The notes beneath the pieces were generated by a model. That model was not told where the DNA came from. It searched no databases and saw nothing but the letters and a program-made list of their open reading frames with translations. Made by a program: the position numbers and the translations under genes. A stretch of DNA of 64,000 nucleotides from Balanoglossus misakiensis (Eukaryota > Animalia > Hemichordata). Positions 27,049 to 39,889 of the stretch are shown in pieces. Each line of letters starts with the position of its first letter. Position 1 is the first letter of the stretch. The DNA is taken from the NCBI GenBank assembly GCA_040954595.2, contig CM082593.2, positions 8,158,043 to 8,222,042 of the forward strand, read 5' to 3'.

Positions 27049-30000
27049 AGTAAAACTGACAGTTTACACATTTGTTCCATGTGACGAAAGCATCACTAAT
27101 ATGTTTGGAGCATTTGTGACAATTGTAACAACAGTACTGTATAATATAAACCAGTGAGTTTGTACATTTTCAGTTTAAGTGCGGTCATTGCTTTTATAGT
27201 TTTCACGACTGATCCCACATCTATCAACTTTTACTATCAATGAACGACTGCTATTTCAAGATTCCAATGCATGTACACTTTGACAAATGTTTTCCTGTAA
27301 AAATAATCTGGGCATCTGATGCACATCACCAGGATTTCAAATTCAGAACTGAACTCTTTTAAATCCATGGCATCAACTTGAATTATTTCCGGACTTTCAT
27401 GACAGCAAGGCAAGTACACTTGTTTCTTTGTGTTCAAAATAATTCCACCACGGCAAAGAATAGCAAGATTTCTAGACGATACATTAATTTTTTAAGATGT
27501 TTTTCAGTCCAGATTACTTTTGATGAAATACGACAAGGGTCATAAAGGATTGTCGGTTGATTGTGTTTAAAAATACACTGAAACTGTGACAAACTGATAA
27601 AGTACTCATTTATATGCAAACTGCATCCATGGCATCTTGTACAGCTCTAAGTCTCTAATCAAATTATGCAAATCTATAATAGTAATTGTAACAATTTAAA
27701 TGCAAACTAATGAAAGCACCATTTTAAATTTTTTTTTTTATTTGGTAACAGATCTTAGTTTTTTGTTCTAAAGAAAATATCATTTACCTCTTCCATCAAT
27801 CCGTTTATCAATAAGCACTGGTATAAGCTTCAATCATCCAAGATGAACTTGACACAACAAAATATTGTTTCGGTGCTTTCAACATTCAAATCATAGAGAA
27901 ATTAAAATAATTGTCCTTATGAAAATAAAACTACAGTTTGTTTGATTCTATGCCATTTTACCTCTGTTACTGACCAGGTAATCTTTTTTTAATTATTCAG
28001 GTCACTTTTGCATGTTGTCAATTGAGGAACCTACAGCTACCATCAAGACTTAAATACACTAGCTGTGAATATGAAAAATTTCCAGTGTACATATTTTATC
28101 ACTTTTAACAGTTTTTTTTCAAACTTTTCGACATACTTTGATGAAAGAAACTTTTCATCCATTTTGATAAACAAGTCTAATGAAGAATCACATTTCGGTG
28201 AAATACTTTCTCCAAACATTTCTGTGAGATAATTATACAATCGTACAAAATAATAAAACTGTTATTATTTTTGTCAATGTGCATTTCATGAATTGTAGAA
28301 TACTTTCACCTAAGTTAATATTTCAATAAACGTATATATGCCAGGTTATGATGTAAAATTGCCAATTACTATTTCCTACTTTAAAAGTTGTAACATAATC
28401 CAACACAATTGAACGAGTCCATACATGTACTTGTCGGATAAATATTTCATCTCAGCCATCAACATAAACTTACCAGAATTTGCATATATGCAAATTAGAA
28501 TATGTTCAACTACACACAATGCAACCAAGTGATTTCCACTTTATGCACCTGAGGAAACACTCAAAAACGAAAAATGCAAGAAAATCTTCCCATTTCATAT
28601 CATATTTTCCACATATCACTTAAAACGTTCATTTACAGGTTTTCAACAACCGAAATGTTTCATGGTTTCAAACATTACAACTTTCCTGTTAGCATTAAAA
28701 GATTTCGGCAGACATTTTGAATTTCAGATTTGCATAAAGACATTTTCCGTTTTCTGATCTAAAATATGTAGCATGATGATGACCCAACATAATTTTATTT
28801 ACCAAGAATGTATCACAGGTTCATCTTCAATTACAGTTAAACATGAGATAAAAATAACTGTAAAACAGAAAAGATCTACATGTACCATCTTAACTTAAAT
28901 GTCTAAGTCTTGCCCTAGCTGCAATCGTTTACAGGGTTTATAAAAATATAATGAGCACAATTTCTCTTAAACTAGGATGCTACATTTCCCTTGGGATCTT
29001 GAATTAACTGTCAGAATGCAACTGCTGCATTTAAATTGGATAAATCCAATTTTACTTGGGTACTCAGTATGTGACAATGCAGTATTCTTTTGACAGAAAA
29101 GAGGGGGCATAAAGTTCACTGTTAGATCTTGCAGCTAACTAGATATTGCAAGACACACTTTTCTGTCTAAAATGTTTTGCCCTGAAGTTTATGAACTGTA
29201 AAAAGTCAAACGATCTAAATTGGTCATGTTACACATCTTCTTAAAATATAATGTTATGATGTACCTTTAATGCCTTGCCAACGACCTTTCATCGAGTTTT
29301 AATACATTAAGAATGACAGATTCCCTGGTCACTTGCTGAATTTTCAAGATTAAAACACACCCAATCTTGAACATTTTTAAGGTTTCACAAAGAAATGCTG
29401 ACATGTTGAATAAGATTCAGTCGTAGTACAAGTGAGTGACAGACTATCAAGGCTGTATTTCTTTGGAAGATGGCTTGACAACTTCAAATGATGGGTGCAA
29501 AAATATACCAAAAGATTTCTTATTTTATTTTTTGTTTTTCCAGCCCCATATAACTTATCAAAACGATCTATTCTATGAAACGTTTCTATTCAAAAAGGGC
29601 GTCAAGGACACTGTGGTACCGTTTTGATCAGAGCCATTACATTCAAGTGTGACATATATATCCATTTTGGCACATCACAATCACCCATGGGACAATGCAA
29701 ACCGAACTGCAAAGCAGCAGATTCTGGAAAATGGGGAGTTTTTGACCAAAATGGCTAAAAAATATTGATATTTTCATCATTATTTGGGGAAATTATAATA
29801 AGGACAATGCTAGGACCCAAAAATCAATTATTGACATAAAATGATGTTTGGCATTTAAAGAAGTAAACTTTGATGATTGGTTGAATTCATACCTTTGAAT
29901 ATTACTTCTCTTCTCTGGACAACTGAATTATGAACAAGCCATATGCTAACATCATTACTTTTCAAAAATTTATACTTTCCCTTAAAAACTACACATATGA

Positions 30001-33000
30001 TCATGTAAACAGGCCACAACTAATAAATATTTGAAAGGAAAGCTGGAGAGATTATTTTTAGACTCGAGAATATACTTAAACACATGACTCATAATCCTGC
30101 AACTAGCTGAGAGTGAATTTCCAGCTGTAATTTGGCCAAAGCCTCAACACACCACTAAGCTTGCATGTATTTGTACATGAAGGCACTAGCATCGTTTTGT
30201 GAAATCACACAGCGTATAATGCTCCCTACAGACAGAATGTCTTAACAAGGCAGGATAGCATTCCCATTCCTGGCCACTAACTACTGCAATTTTCCACATG
30301 AATAAAGCCCACTTTCCCAGTTTGGCTTCCCAACACCGGTGTTCCTTCAGATCGGAGTACGCTTAACTGAGCTACTGAGCTTTCTTGAGGGAAGACTTAA
30401 AGTCATAATCTGATCAAAGAAGAAGTAATTTCCATTCGGAGTCGAGATGCAGTCAAGTCTTTTTCTCACTGAGTGACATTTTCCTTTGAATTCAGAACAC
30501 TACATCGTAATCTCTTACTCTTGCTTGGACCATTGATGATATCTCTGCTGTATTTATATATATTTCTTCTGATTTTCAAATTTCAATTTGCAATTTAATT
30601 TTTGCAATTTATATCAGCATAAAAAATTATACTAAATTGTCCTCAGTTGGAAAAACCAAGAAGTATAAGCTTTGGATTTATTGTGTCAATTCACAAATTT
30701 TGTACAAAACAGACACGAAATCCTCGTATTTATGTCTACCTTTTTTTATTCAATATTGCTAATATTCCAACAAATATACATGATATGATAGTATATGATG
30801 GTATGAGATATGATATAATATATATGATGTAATGTGATGTGATAATATGACACGATATCATATGAGTCTGGGGTTACTGTATAAGTGTCTTAGTGGTTAT
30901 GAAACTACAATGCTTTATAGTGAAAATAAAAGTTAATGTAAACCTTCCTTACAATTTCAAAACTGGATAATATATGTAAACCTGAAATACATTGTTGTCT
31001 AGTACTCGGATCTTCTTCGAAGGTTTGAAACCTGAAATTATTCATCATTTTGAAAATTACTATGAGTCATAAATAATTCCACGTGTAATTTGTACATGAT
31101 AGTGGCTACAAATCTAATTGGTCTACTCCTTAAAATCATGTTGAAGCATGCAGTAGCTGAATTGTCATTGTAAGTTGTTTATGCATAGTCAGCAGTACTT
31201 TGAATGAAAAAAAGCGAATTTCCATCTGAATTGTCAACACTATACTAACAAAACGAGCATGCATGTCTGTATAATGCATGACAACCATGCATGCTTGGCA
31301 GCCATCTTGGATTGTATTTCAACACAAATTTATTTGCATATGTACGTGATTGTACAATTGTTCGACGACCAATTTTCAAAGGAACCAGTTTAGACATATC
31401 AGGACATGAAAAATCTGCCTGGTGGCCATACAAGTATTTACCAAGTTTCCATGAAATCAGTCAAATTGCAGACATGTCTGCGAAAATGGTTCCCAACAGA
31501 CGGATGGGCAGCATGCAACTGTCACAAGTTCCTAGACTTCCTCCCTCCATAGGCACTAAAAATTCCATGGTAAAATTGAATACATTTCTAATAGTACTAC
31601 TCCTATCCTATAAAAAAGGTGCAGCTGAGAATTAACAATAGCTTCAAACGATATCTTGTATTAAAACAAAAGAGACCATTTAATTTTATTCCACTGAACG
31701 ATGTCTTCAAATTATTGTCTCGTGAATATTACATAAACGTGGTGGTCTTTTATCATGAAAGATTGCACTAATGGTTTTCTATCTTGAAGAGAAAAGAAAC
31801 TAAATATCAAGGTATACAAAAATAAGAAAAAATGCTTGCAGGTAGTGGGGAATTTTACGAGCAACTCTCTCTCTCTCTCGTCAACAACAAGATGTCACTC
31901 ATAAGACGTCTCAAACATTAGGAACACAATAAGAGAGTTATAATAGTACATGTATGGCATGGCAATGCTAAAATAGTCTGTGTCATTACGGTACAATTTC
32001 AGATAATACTCCACAGGTATTCATGCTGTTGCTATGGTGAACAAGGCAATGCTGTTGCTAGGGTGAACAAAGAATGGCCACGAGTAGAGACCCCGAGATG
32101 CAGGAAACACTCTCTTCAGATGAAACATCCAGTTTCCGTATAAATGATGATTTCATACTGGTATGCCCTGCTCTATTCAAAGATATTCAAACTCAATGCA
32201 GATGCAACCATAAATGCTAACAATACCTGTAATACTACGCCTATCAAGTCAGTTTCAGAAATTCATCAGGTTTTTTGCAACTGGAGATGATTCGCAAAAT
32301 GTGACCAAACTCAAAACACTATTTTACAACACTTGCATTGTTGAGCATAAATAAATCCTTCTATGCCAATTAACTGATGTAGCTGCCTGTACATGTAATG
32401 CTTGCAAAACAAAAATGAGCAAAAAATTTTCAGGTGATCGTACACATCATCGATCATTTTCAAAAATATGCAAATCAGTCAATTACAAGTCAAGTCAACA
32501 CTCTGTTTGACTTATTTTGGGTATACGGATACCGCTCGGAGAAATGTACCCACTAATCACAATCACCACATATACAGGCGGCCATGCAGTAAATTGGTTC
32601 GACCGATTTGCAAATTTCCATAAATTACTCACTCTGGCTTCTACTATACTCCACTACATTCGTCAAAATCACAGGAAGAAAAATTGTGGTCTAATTCGTT
32701 CAGTGCAATTATGGTTGACATGTTGGAGTCATTTATCAAGTTTACTGTTAACAAATGTCGCTAAGTCCAAAGAATGTACAGTGATTTTGAACAGGTGCAG
32801 CAACTGGATTGGAAGGCAGAGCCACTCAATCACTACACAACACATGTCTGACACACGAGTGTTAACTATCCTTCAGGAAGGAACACATCACCACATTAAC
32901 TGTGCTGGACAAACAATTCCTGGGATTACATGAATTTTATAACTGACATTTACATGTAGATCATGTACAAGGGGAGACTAAAATTTCACGGATCCGAAAA

Positions 33001-34082
33001 ATTCAGTCATTCCACAACTTTTACTTCATAGCGTCATTATGACAATGTCTGTCATAAATACCATGTCAGCTCAATTGCATTTTAGTAGCTTTTCAATAAA
33101 CCTTTCACACGACTCAGTGATTTGGAACTCTATTTCACACACTTTGTAACATATGGGAATGAAGACTTATTTGAAAAGCTAAACATTTCATGATCTGAGA
33201 TATCTCCAATGAATACATAATGATCATTTTGTCCAGTTTTACATTGTGTAATATTAACTACTATCCAAATTAGCATCTATAAAAAACGTGACATATTCAA
33301 CATAAATATTGCTACACGACTGAGATTAGGAAAGTTACTCCACACATCTATACACCTTGTTCCTGTCTGTTAATTTGAATCATTTACAAGTAAAATATTT
33401 TTTATCCAATCACAGTGGAGAACACTAGCACTAAGTAACATTCTGATTGGTGGACACAATGAACATCACAACTTGACTCCTATTGACATCCAAAAACATT
33501 CTAAAAGATGTCATGAACTGCACAACCATATATTTAACAAGTACATGCATTTGAACTTCAGGGGAAACATAAACATTTCCACATGACTGTACCTACAATG
33601 AAATGTGGGCACATTGGGGACCGAGACATCTGTTATCAATAAATCAGCCGAGACTGGAGATAATGGGATGATATCAATCGGCCAGCTTTGGGGTGTCAAC
33701 ATATTACTGCCTCCATCTATGTGACTCATCAGAGATGTTCCGCTAATGAAGAGAAACGACATGGGTATATACTGTCATCCATCAGGGGAAAAGGGAAATT
33801 GCCTAACAATGTGAGAATGCCAAGAAATTAAATTATCACATGTCAGAGTTGATACGCAAGCGGAACATATGCAAGTGACAGCTTCAATAAACTATTTCAT
33901 TTTTTTTCTCTCTCTCTCTTTTCAGGTGCAAATCTTGAGATCAGAATCTATTTCCATGATATGAGAGTTGAGTAAATGCCAAACCCTCAGATAGGTAAAG
34001 AATTTTTCTTTATGGTAATTCAAAGTTATATTTACAGACTAACCTCTTTGAGTTTTAAAATTTTTCTTGATTTGATATTTAC

Positions 34083-34117
34083 GGAAAAAGGGCAGAGAGA
34101 GAGACTTTGTCCCTTTA
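34083..34117. mobile_element. Solo family A terminal fragment
   Basis: ggaaaaagggcagagagagagactttgtccctttac. Confidence 0.7.
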
Positions 34118-34348
34118 CAGTGGGGTGCATGTGGGTTTTCATTCTGTCAGAATTGAGATAGCACTGGTAGCTCCAATTTGAAAGTGCTCAATAGCTTGCG
34201 ATGCTTAATTGAGATATGCAAGATTGAATGGCAGAAACTCCTTTGTGAACTAAATGGTCAGAGAGGAGACCTCTTGAGCTACCTAGGTCCTCGGTTAAAT
34301 TCCTGAGGCCAGCTGCTTACAGGTTTTTCACAGGGGACAGAGGAATCG

Positions 34349-34421
34349 TGTTGTTTTTGTTTGTTTGTTTGGTTGGTTGGTTGGTTGTTTGTTTGTTTGT
34401 TTGTTTGTTTATTGTTGTTGT

Positions 34422-34457
<36 letters not shown>

Positions 34458-34480
34458 GATGATAATGATGATGATAATAA
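34349..34480. repeat. Compound microsatellite (TTTG)n/(TTGG)n/(GTT)n/(GAT)n
   Basis: Direct reading. Confidence 0.95.
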
Positions 34481-35644
34481 ATATTTTTTTTTAAACAATG
34501 TGGCATTCCTTGCTGTTTTTTGTCGATGTTGTAAATAACTCTATACTATTGATAAAAGATAATCTATAGATCGCCCAACATCGATGGTCGCCCAGCGTCA
34601 CTCCTGGTATATACTGTACTGTAGAGCTCTACTATACAAGACTATGCACATATTCCACACTTTAAGAGAATATATTTAAAGTAATTGAAAGTATTTCACT
34701 TCTGGTGTGGTATTTGAGTACATGATGGCACTAGATGCTCAGCCAAAAATGTTTGGATGTGATATTTCACAGTGCCTTCACAGCAACTCAATAGTATTCA
34801 CGAATATCACTGCATGTATTGTACATGACAGAAAGCTGGCGTGATTGTGACAGACCTATCAGGAAGTCCACACCATGGTTATATCAACCATTTGTTACCA
34901 TCACATCATAGCAACATTTTGGCGAATCTAAATGGAAAGTTGTAAATGCGGACCTGCAAAGCTGACAAAGGAAAGTCACAGGGGGGGCTTGAAAGAATTA
35001 CTCGAACACAAATACAGTTCTGACGTCAACTGCCGGGTAATGGAAAACATAGGTAAATGCTATTTGACTGTTCAAGTTGTATGCAATTTCCAAAGAAAAA
35101 TTAATCAGAAATGGCTCGCTCTTTCTTCATCCATCATAAACATCTGAATCAAAGTTTGGGTTTTAATTTACAAAGACGTAGTTTATAAAATTATTTGATG
35201 TATGCGAAGAAAACTGTCTGCACTTGAAATTCCGTGCCGACTCGCAAACTCCCTCATCCCGATTTTCCGTGTCACTAACTGGCATTCCATAATCCTGCCT
35301 ACTCAAGTATTCTCTGTCTTTTCAACTGGAAAAACAGCGGTTTGAGAGAAACTGCACTTCGCCGGCAAAAAAGGCCAGACTCAAAAAGCTTACGACACAT
35401 TTCATGGTCACAGTCCAGCAACATTTGATTTGTGGGCTGAAGGAAGACACAAATGGAGACATCACTAGCCTTCAGTCATATTTAGAATTGACGGAGACGA
35501 GAGAGGTCCACATGTTTGAACAGGTCAGATTTCACGCGAAGAGACAAGATGTGACAGTTATGACTTTTTTTTCCTTGAGTTTCCTAAACATACAAATGTA
35601 TTCAACCTTGGCAACTTATTACTATGGCTGCAAGCAACAGCGTC

Positions 35645-35849
35645 TTTTATAAATAATTATCTTCTGATGGAAAACTGATTTTACCACATGCATGCATGAC
35701 TGGTAATTAGGATCCATGATTATTTACCATTTAACTGAATTTTTGGGGATTTTATAAATAATTATCTTCTGACAGAAAACTGATTTTACCACATGCATGC
35801 ATGACTGGTAATTAGGATCCATGATTATCTACCATTTGACTGTATTTTG
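35645..35849. repeat. Local tandem duplication, 105-bp period, 2 copies
   Basis: ttttataaataattatcttctga...gtaattaggatccatgattat starts at 35645 and 35750. Confidence 0.9.
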
Positions 35850-35918
35850 GAATTGAGTAGAACATGTCTGCTTACAGAGCAACAGTGCATTTATAAAATT
35901 CACAAATATAGATTCTAC

Positions 35919-36130
35919 TGCTGTAAAATGGGAAATTTTCGCAACAGAAAAATTTTGCGATATCAACAACGGCGACTATTCCACGACAATTAATTTTCGC
36001 GTTTTCTTTATCTCCAAATAACATTCTATCGTATACATTGTTCTTTCGTGACTATTTATTATCATAGTTTTTTGGCTCTCGTGAAGTTCGCGAAAATTTA
36101 TCATTCGCAAAAATTTCCTGTTCTACAGTC
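35919..36130 (-). mobile_element. Family D-related MITE, diverged
   Basis: ctgtaaaatgggaaattttcgc ... cgcaaaaatttcctgttctacag. Confidence 0.7.
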
Positions 36131-36473
36131 TATATATTTCTGTTGAAGCTTGTTTTCCTTTCAGATGGAAAATCACTTGACATTTTTGAATAACTTGTGT
36201 TACTATAAGTTCTGACAAGCATTGAAAATTAGGGTGTCAAAATTCCTGCTACAGAATTTTTGGTATATTTTTAGAAAATTTGTTCCTATTTTTGTTTTAA
36301 TAATTGATGACATTTTTACATCAGTGCACTTCAAGTATGTGACTCTTTGAAAACAACTCAACATAGTCGGCCTATCAATAACAATCAACTTCAAACATCT
36401 GAACATGACATTTCTCCAAAAAGGATGCACAATATTGAGTATCTGGAATATAGCAACAAAATGTACTACAATA

Positions 36474-36834
36474 TTAAAGGGACAAAGTCTCTCTCTCGCT
36501 GCCCTTTTTCCATTAATTGTGTTTGATACAAGGCACCATTTATGTTATTCTACATGTGGATATATAGTGAATAAACGTTCAACCACACACAACTTCCATC
36601 CAACTTGTAGACACGAGAGTGAAAAAACTCGCCAAAATGAATAATTGATCTCTACCGTAACCGTTTATTCATTTTGGCGAGATTTTTACTCTCATATCTT
36701 CAAGCAGGATGGAAGTTGTTTGTGGTTGAAAGTTGATTCACTGTATATCCACATGTAGAATAACATAAATGTTGTCTTGCATCAAACATAATTAATGGGA
36801 AAAGGGCAGTGAGAGAGAGACCCTGTCCCTTTAA
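36474..36834. mobile_element. Family A TTAA MITE
   Basis: Same TIRs and TTAA flanks. Confidence 0.92.
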
Positions 36835-37970
36835 AATGCAATAACATAACCAATAAATGCACCGTATAATACAGAAGAAAGCCAGTCACCGTTACTGAAT
36901 TCCCCCTGTGATATGATTAGAATGATTGAATATAGAACTCCAAGCAGCATGGTTGACTTTATTATTTTCCAACCTTCAGGATATGCAATGGTCACCTGTT
37001 TGCAAAATTCACACTAAAACAATCAAGGGACTGGGTACATGTAGTTGGCAGATGTTGACATGAGGAGAGTGTATAAGATGTTTTTATTCATTGGCTGTGA
37101 TTTGATTAGCAGATTTTCTATTTGCTGAGCTGTAATGAATTACACAACATGGCCATATACTGAGTAAAGTGCAGCCTACATCTTTTGATCAATCTGTCTA
37201 TTTACTTGGGATAAATGACTATTGGTGAGCTGGAAAAAAATCTTTACATACTGACAGTCATTTTGTCGTGAATATCTTCTTTGCATCATAAAGAAAAGAT
37301 AAAAAAGATTATACACAACATTAAATTTTCATAAGAGTTCCAACCTGTTTCTGAGATAAAACGACCAATTCTTTCACTTGTTCCAGTTCGCTACGCAACT
37401 TCCCCCCCCCCAAAAAAAAAAGAAAAAGAAAAGAAAAAAAAGAAAAAAAAAAAGAAAAAAAAAACACCCACTCCCTCTAAACTATATCATTTCCCTGTCA
37501 ATTTTACTTTTTTAATGTTTTGCTGACTGCTTCTATGTTAAACTGCACTCTTGTTTCACAGAGTTATAAGTCACATGATTTCAAATAAATCCTATCACAT
37601 TTTAGTAGCAGACCATATTGAATCTCACACTCGCAACTTGTGTTGTGTTTTACTTGCAACTCAGAGATATTGATCTCGATGTCAAGAATACTTTTTTCAA
37701 TATGCACAAGACAGGCAGAAATTGTAAACTTGTGACTGCTGCAAAATTGTGACCGTGTTGCCATGGGATACAACCTTTTTCTGATTAGGATGATTGTTGA
37801 AAATTTTAAGGATGTTGGTGACGGCTAATGACATCATTGTATCACTGATATGTTTGATACAATCAGTAGAGACGCATCTTTGATTTTTGATATTAAAGTA
37901 CGTCTTATTAGGACATCATGTAGAATCCTGATAGCTAACTATGATAGGTACATTAGTGACACTACATATA

Positions 37971-38182
37971 TACTGTAAAACGGGATATTTTCGCAAGCAA
38001 TAAATTTTTACGAAATACGCGAGGGCCAAAAAAACGTGAAAATATAAAGTCGCGTAAAATGTTTTTTTCTGAGACAATGTAGTTAGTGAAATACGAGAAC
38101 ACAAAAATTAACCCTCGCATAACAGTTGCCTCTTTTGATATCGCGAAAATTTCCTGTCGCGAAAATAACCTGTTTTACAGTA
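37971..38182 (+). mobile_element. Family D TA-flanked MITE
   Basis: ta-ctgtaaaacggg ... aacctgttttacag-ta. Confidence 0.9.
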
Positions 38183-38536
38183 TATCACATTTTGGGGACA
38201 GGAAGCTGGTCTGCAGCTATTTATATATGCTGAAATATGCAAAAATTAGTCTAAGGCCACCTTACTGAAATTTGGACACAAAGTCTATCGCACATCAACC
38301 AAGGATACCTGTGAAGCCTGCAGCTTGCAATGACCTTTAGCGCAGGTGTAATTCCTAAATCAAAAAAGTTTGGCCCTCGGCACAAAAACTCCCCACAGGA
38401 CCTTGGAGCAATATTACCCATAGAACAACAACTGGACAATCAAACAGAAAACCTGAGCAGAAATCATTAGTTTCTGTGTCGGTACTGTTATGTAATACTA
38501 ATATGATTGCAAGAGGCAAAAACCCTGACTCGTATC

Positions 38537-38680
38537 AAGTCTAGTACCTAGCCGTATTTTGTCCGCTTTGCTTCCAAAACTTACATCTAGCCTCACACAT
38601 GCCAAGTGGCCCAATAAAACCCCATACCCCTTGTTAGTTTTGGAAGCAAAGTGGACAAAATACAGCTAGGTACTAGACTA
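38537..38680. mobile_element. Hairpin MITE with 9-bp TSD (Mutator-like)
   Basis: agtctagtacctagccgtattttgtccgctttgcttccaaaac / gttttggaagcaaagtggacaaaatacagctaggtactagact; TSD actcgtatc. Confidence 0.8.
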
Positions 38681-39531
38681 ACTCGTATCCAGCTTGGACA
38701 CTTTCCATTCACGTCTCTGGAGAAAGAGACCAAGCATCACAGCATGTCTTTTCTACCCAGAGAATTTACAAATATTTCCATCATAGTAGCATTTCTAATG
38801 CATTCAACTACACCCCAAATTCACTGTTTGTAACTTAATAGTTTTACTACACTTGGAAAATTTTGCATTTGTCACTCAAAGTCAAATGTACATTTTCAAC
38901 AAAGCTGAAAAGCACACATACCAGCTAATACAAGTACATGTAGTAGCTACATGTAGCTTCTTGACATCTGGGACTGCATTCTGGTTGGGCTCATAAAAAA
39001 CTCATTACTGATAATGTCACACATTGCATTTCTCATTTTTATTTGTATATTGGAGGTAAAGGCTGAAAAAATGATACATGTACATTCATGTTATTGTTGG
39101 AAATGGTCATTATTGTCACTATTAATTTGTCCGAGTATAAATTGTATAATAAATTATGAAGTTGTACTGGATTAAAATGCTAACTACATTATTATTAACC
39201 ACACTATTTGTCAAAGATCTTTTCATGGGTTTTCTTATTAAATTTGAATTTGATGACAGATGTGCATTTTTATTAAAATTTAATCAGATTTTCTTGTTTT
39301 TCTTGACTGTTGGCATGGTAATGGCTTCGGAACGGGTAACAAGGCAGCAGCATGAACATCACATGTTGGTTTTAAATAAGTGGCTGACAACATCTACACT
39401 CTCTGCAACAACAACCATAAAGTCTAGACCAGACACACTAATCAGATCACTTCGTGCTCATTCCCGGTTCTGATCTGACATCTTTGTTTACAGTCGACCT
39501 TCGTCAGTGAAAGAGTTTCAAACAGAAACAG

Positions 39532-39889
39532 TTAAAGGGACAAAGACTCTCTGTCGCTGCCCTTTACCCATTAATTATGTTTGATACAAGACACTGTTTA
39601 TGTTATTCTACATGTGGATATATAGTGAATAAACGTTTAGACCACACACACCTTCCATCCCACTTGTAGACACGAGAGTGTAAAAAACTCGCCAAAATGA
39701 ATAATCGGTCTCTACCGTCTATTCATTTGGGCCGAGTTTTTACTCTTATATCATACAAGTGGGATGGAAGTTGTGTGTGTTCGAACGTTGATTCACTATA
39801 TATCCACATGTAGAATAACATAAACCGTGTCTTGTATCAAACAAAATTAATGGGAAAAAGACAGCGAAAGAGAGACTTTGTCCCTTTAA
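39532..39889. mobile_element. Family A TTAA MITE
   Basis: Same TIRs and TTAA flanks. Confidence 0.92.

Noticed and set aside
32517-32933. 138-aa ORF, the longest unexplained one
   Set aside because: Non-ATG start, no motif, intron-like composition.
33511-33762. 83-aa minus-strand ORF as an alternative first exon
   Set aside because: No similarity to PKG N-termini and no convincing donor site.
35100-35145. Minus-strand MKKERAISD resembling a pseudosubstrate of an alternative first exon
   Set aside because: Immediately followed by a stop; no zipper and no phase-2 donor.
37400-37465. Poly-C/poly-A purine tract as a retroposon tail
   Set aside because: No recognisable SINE/LINE body or TSD.
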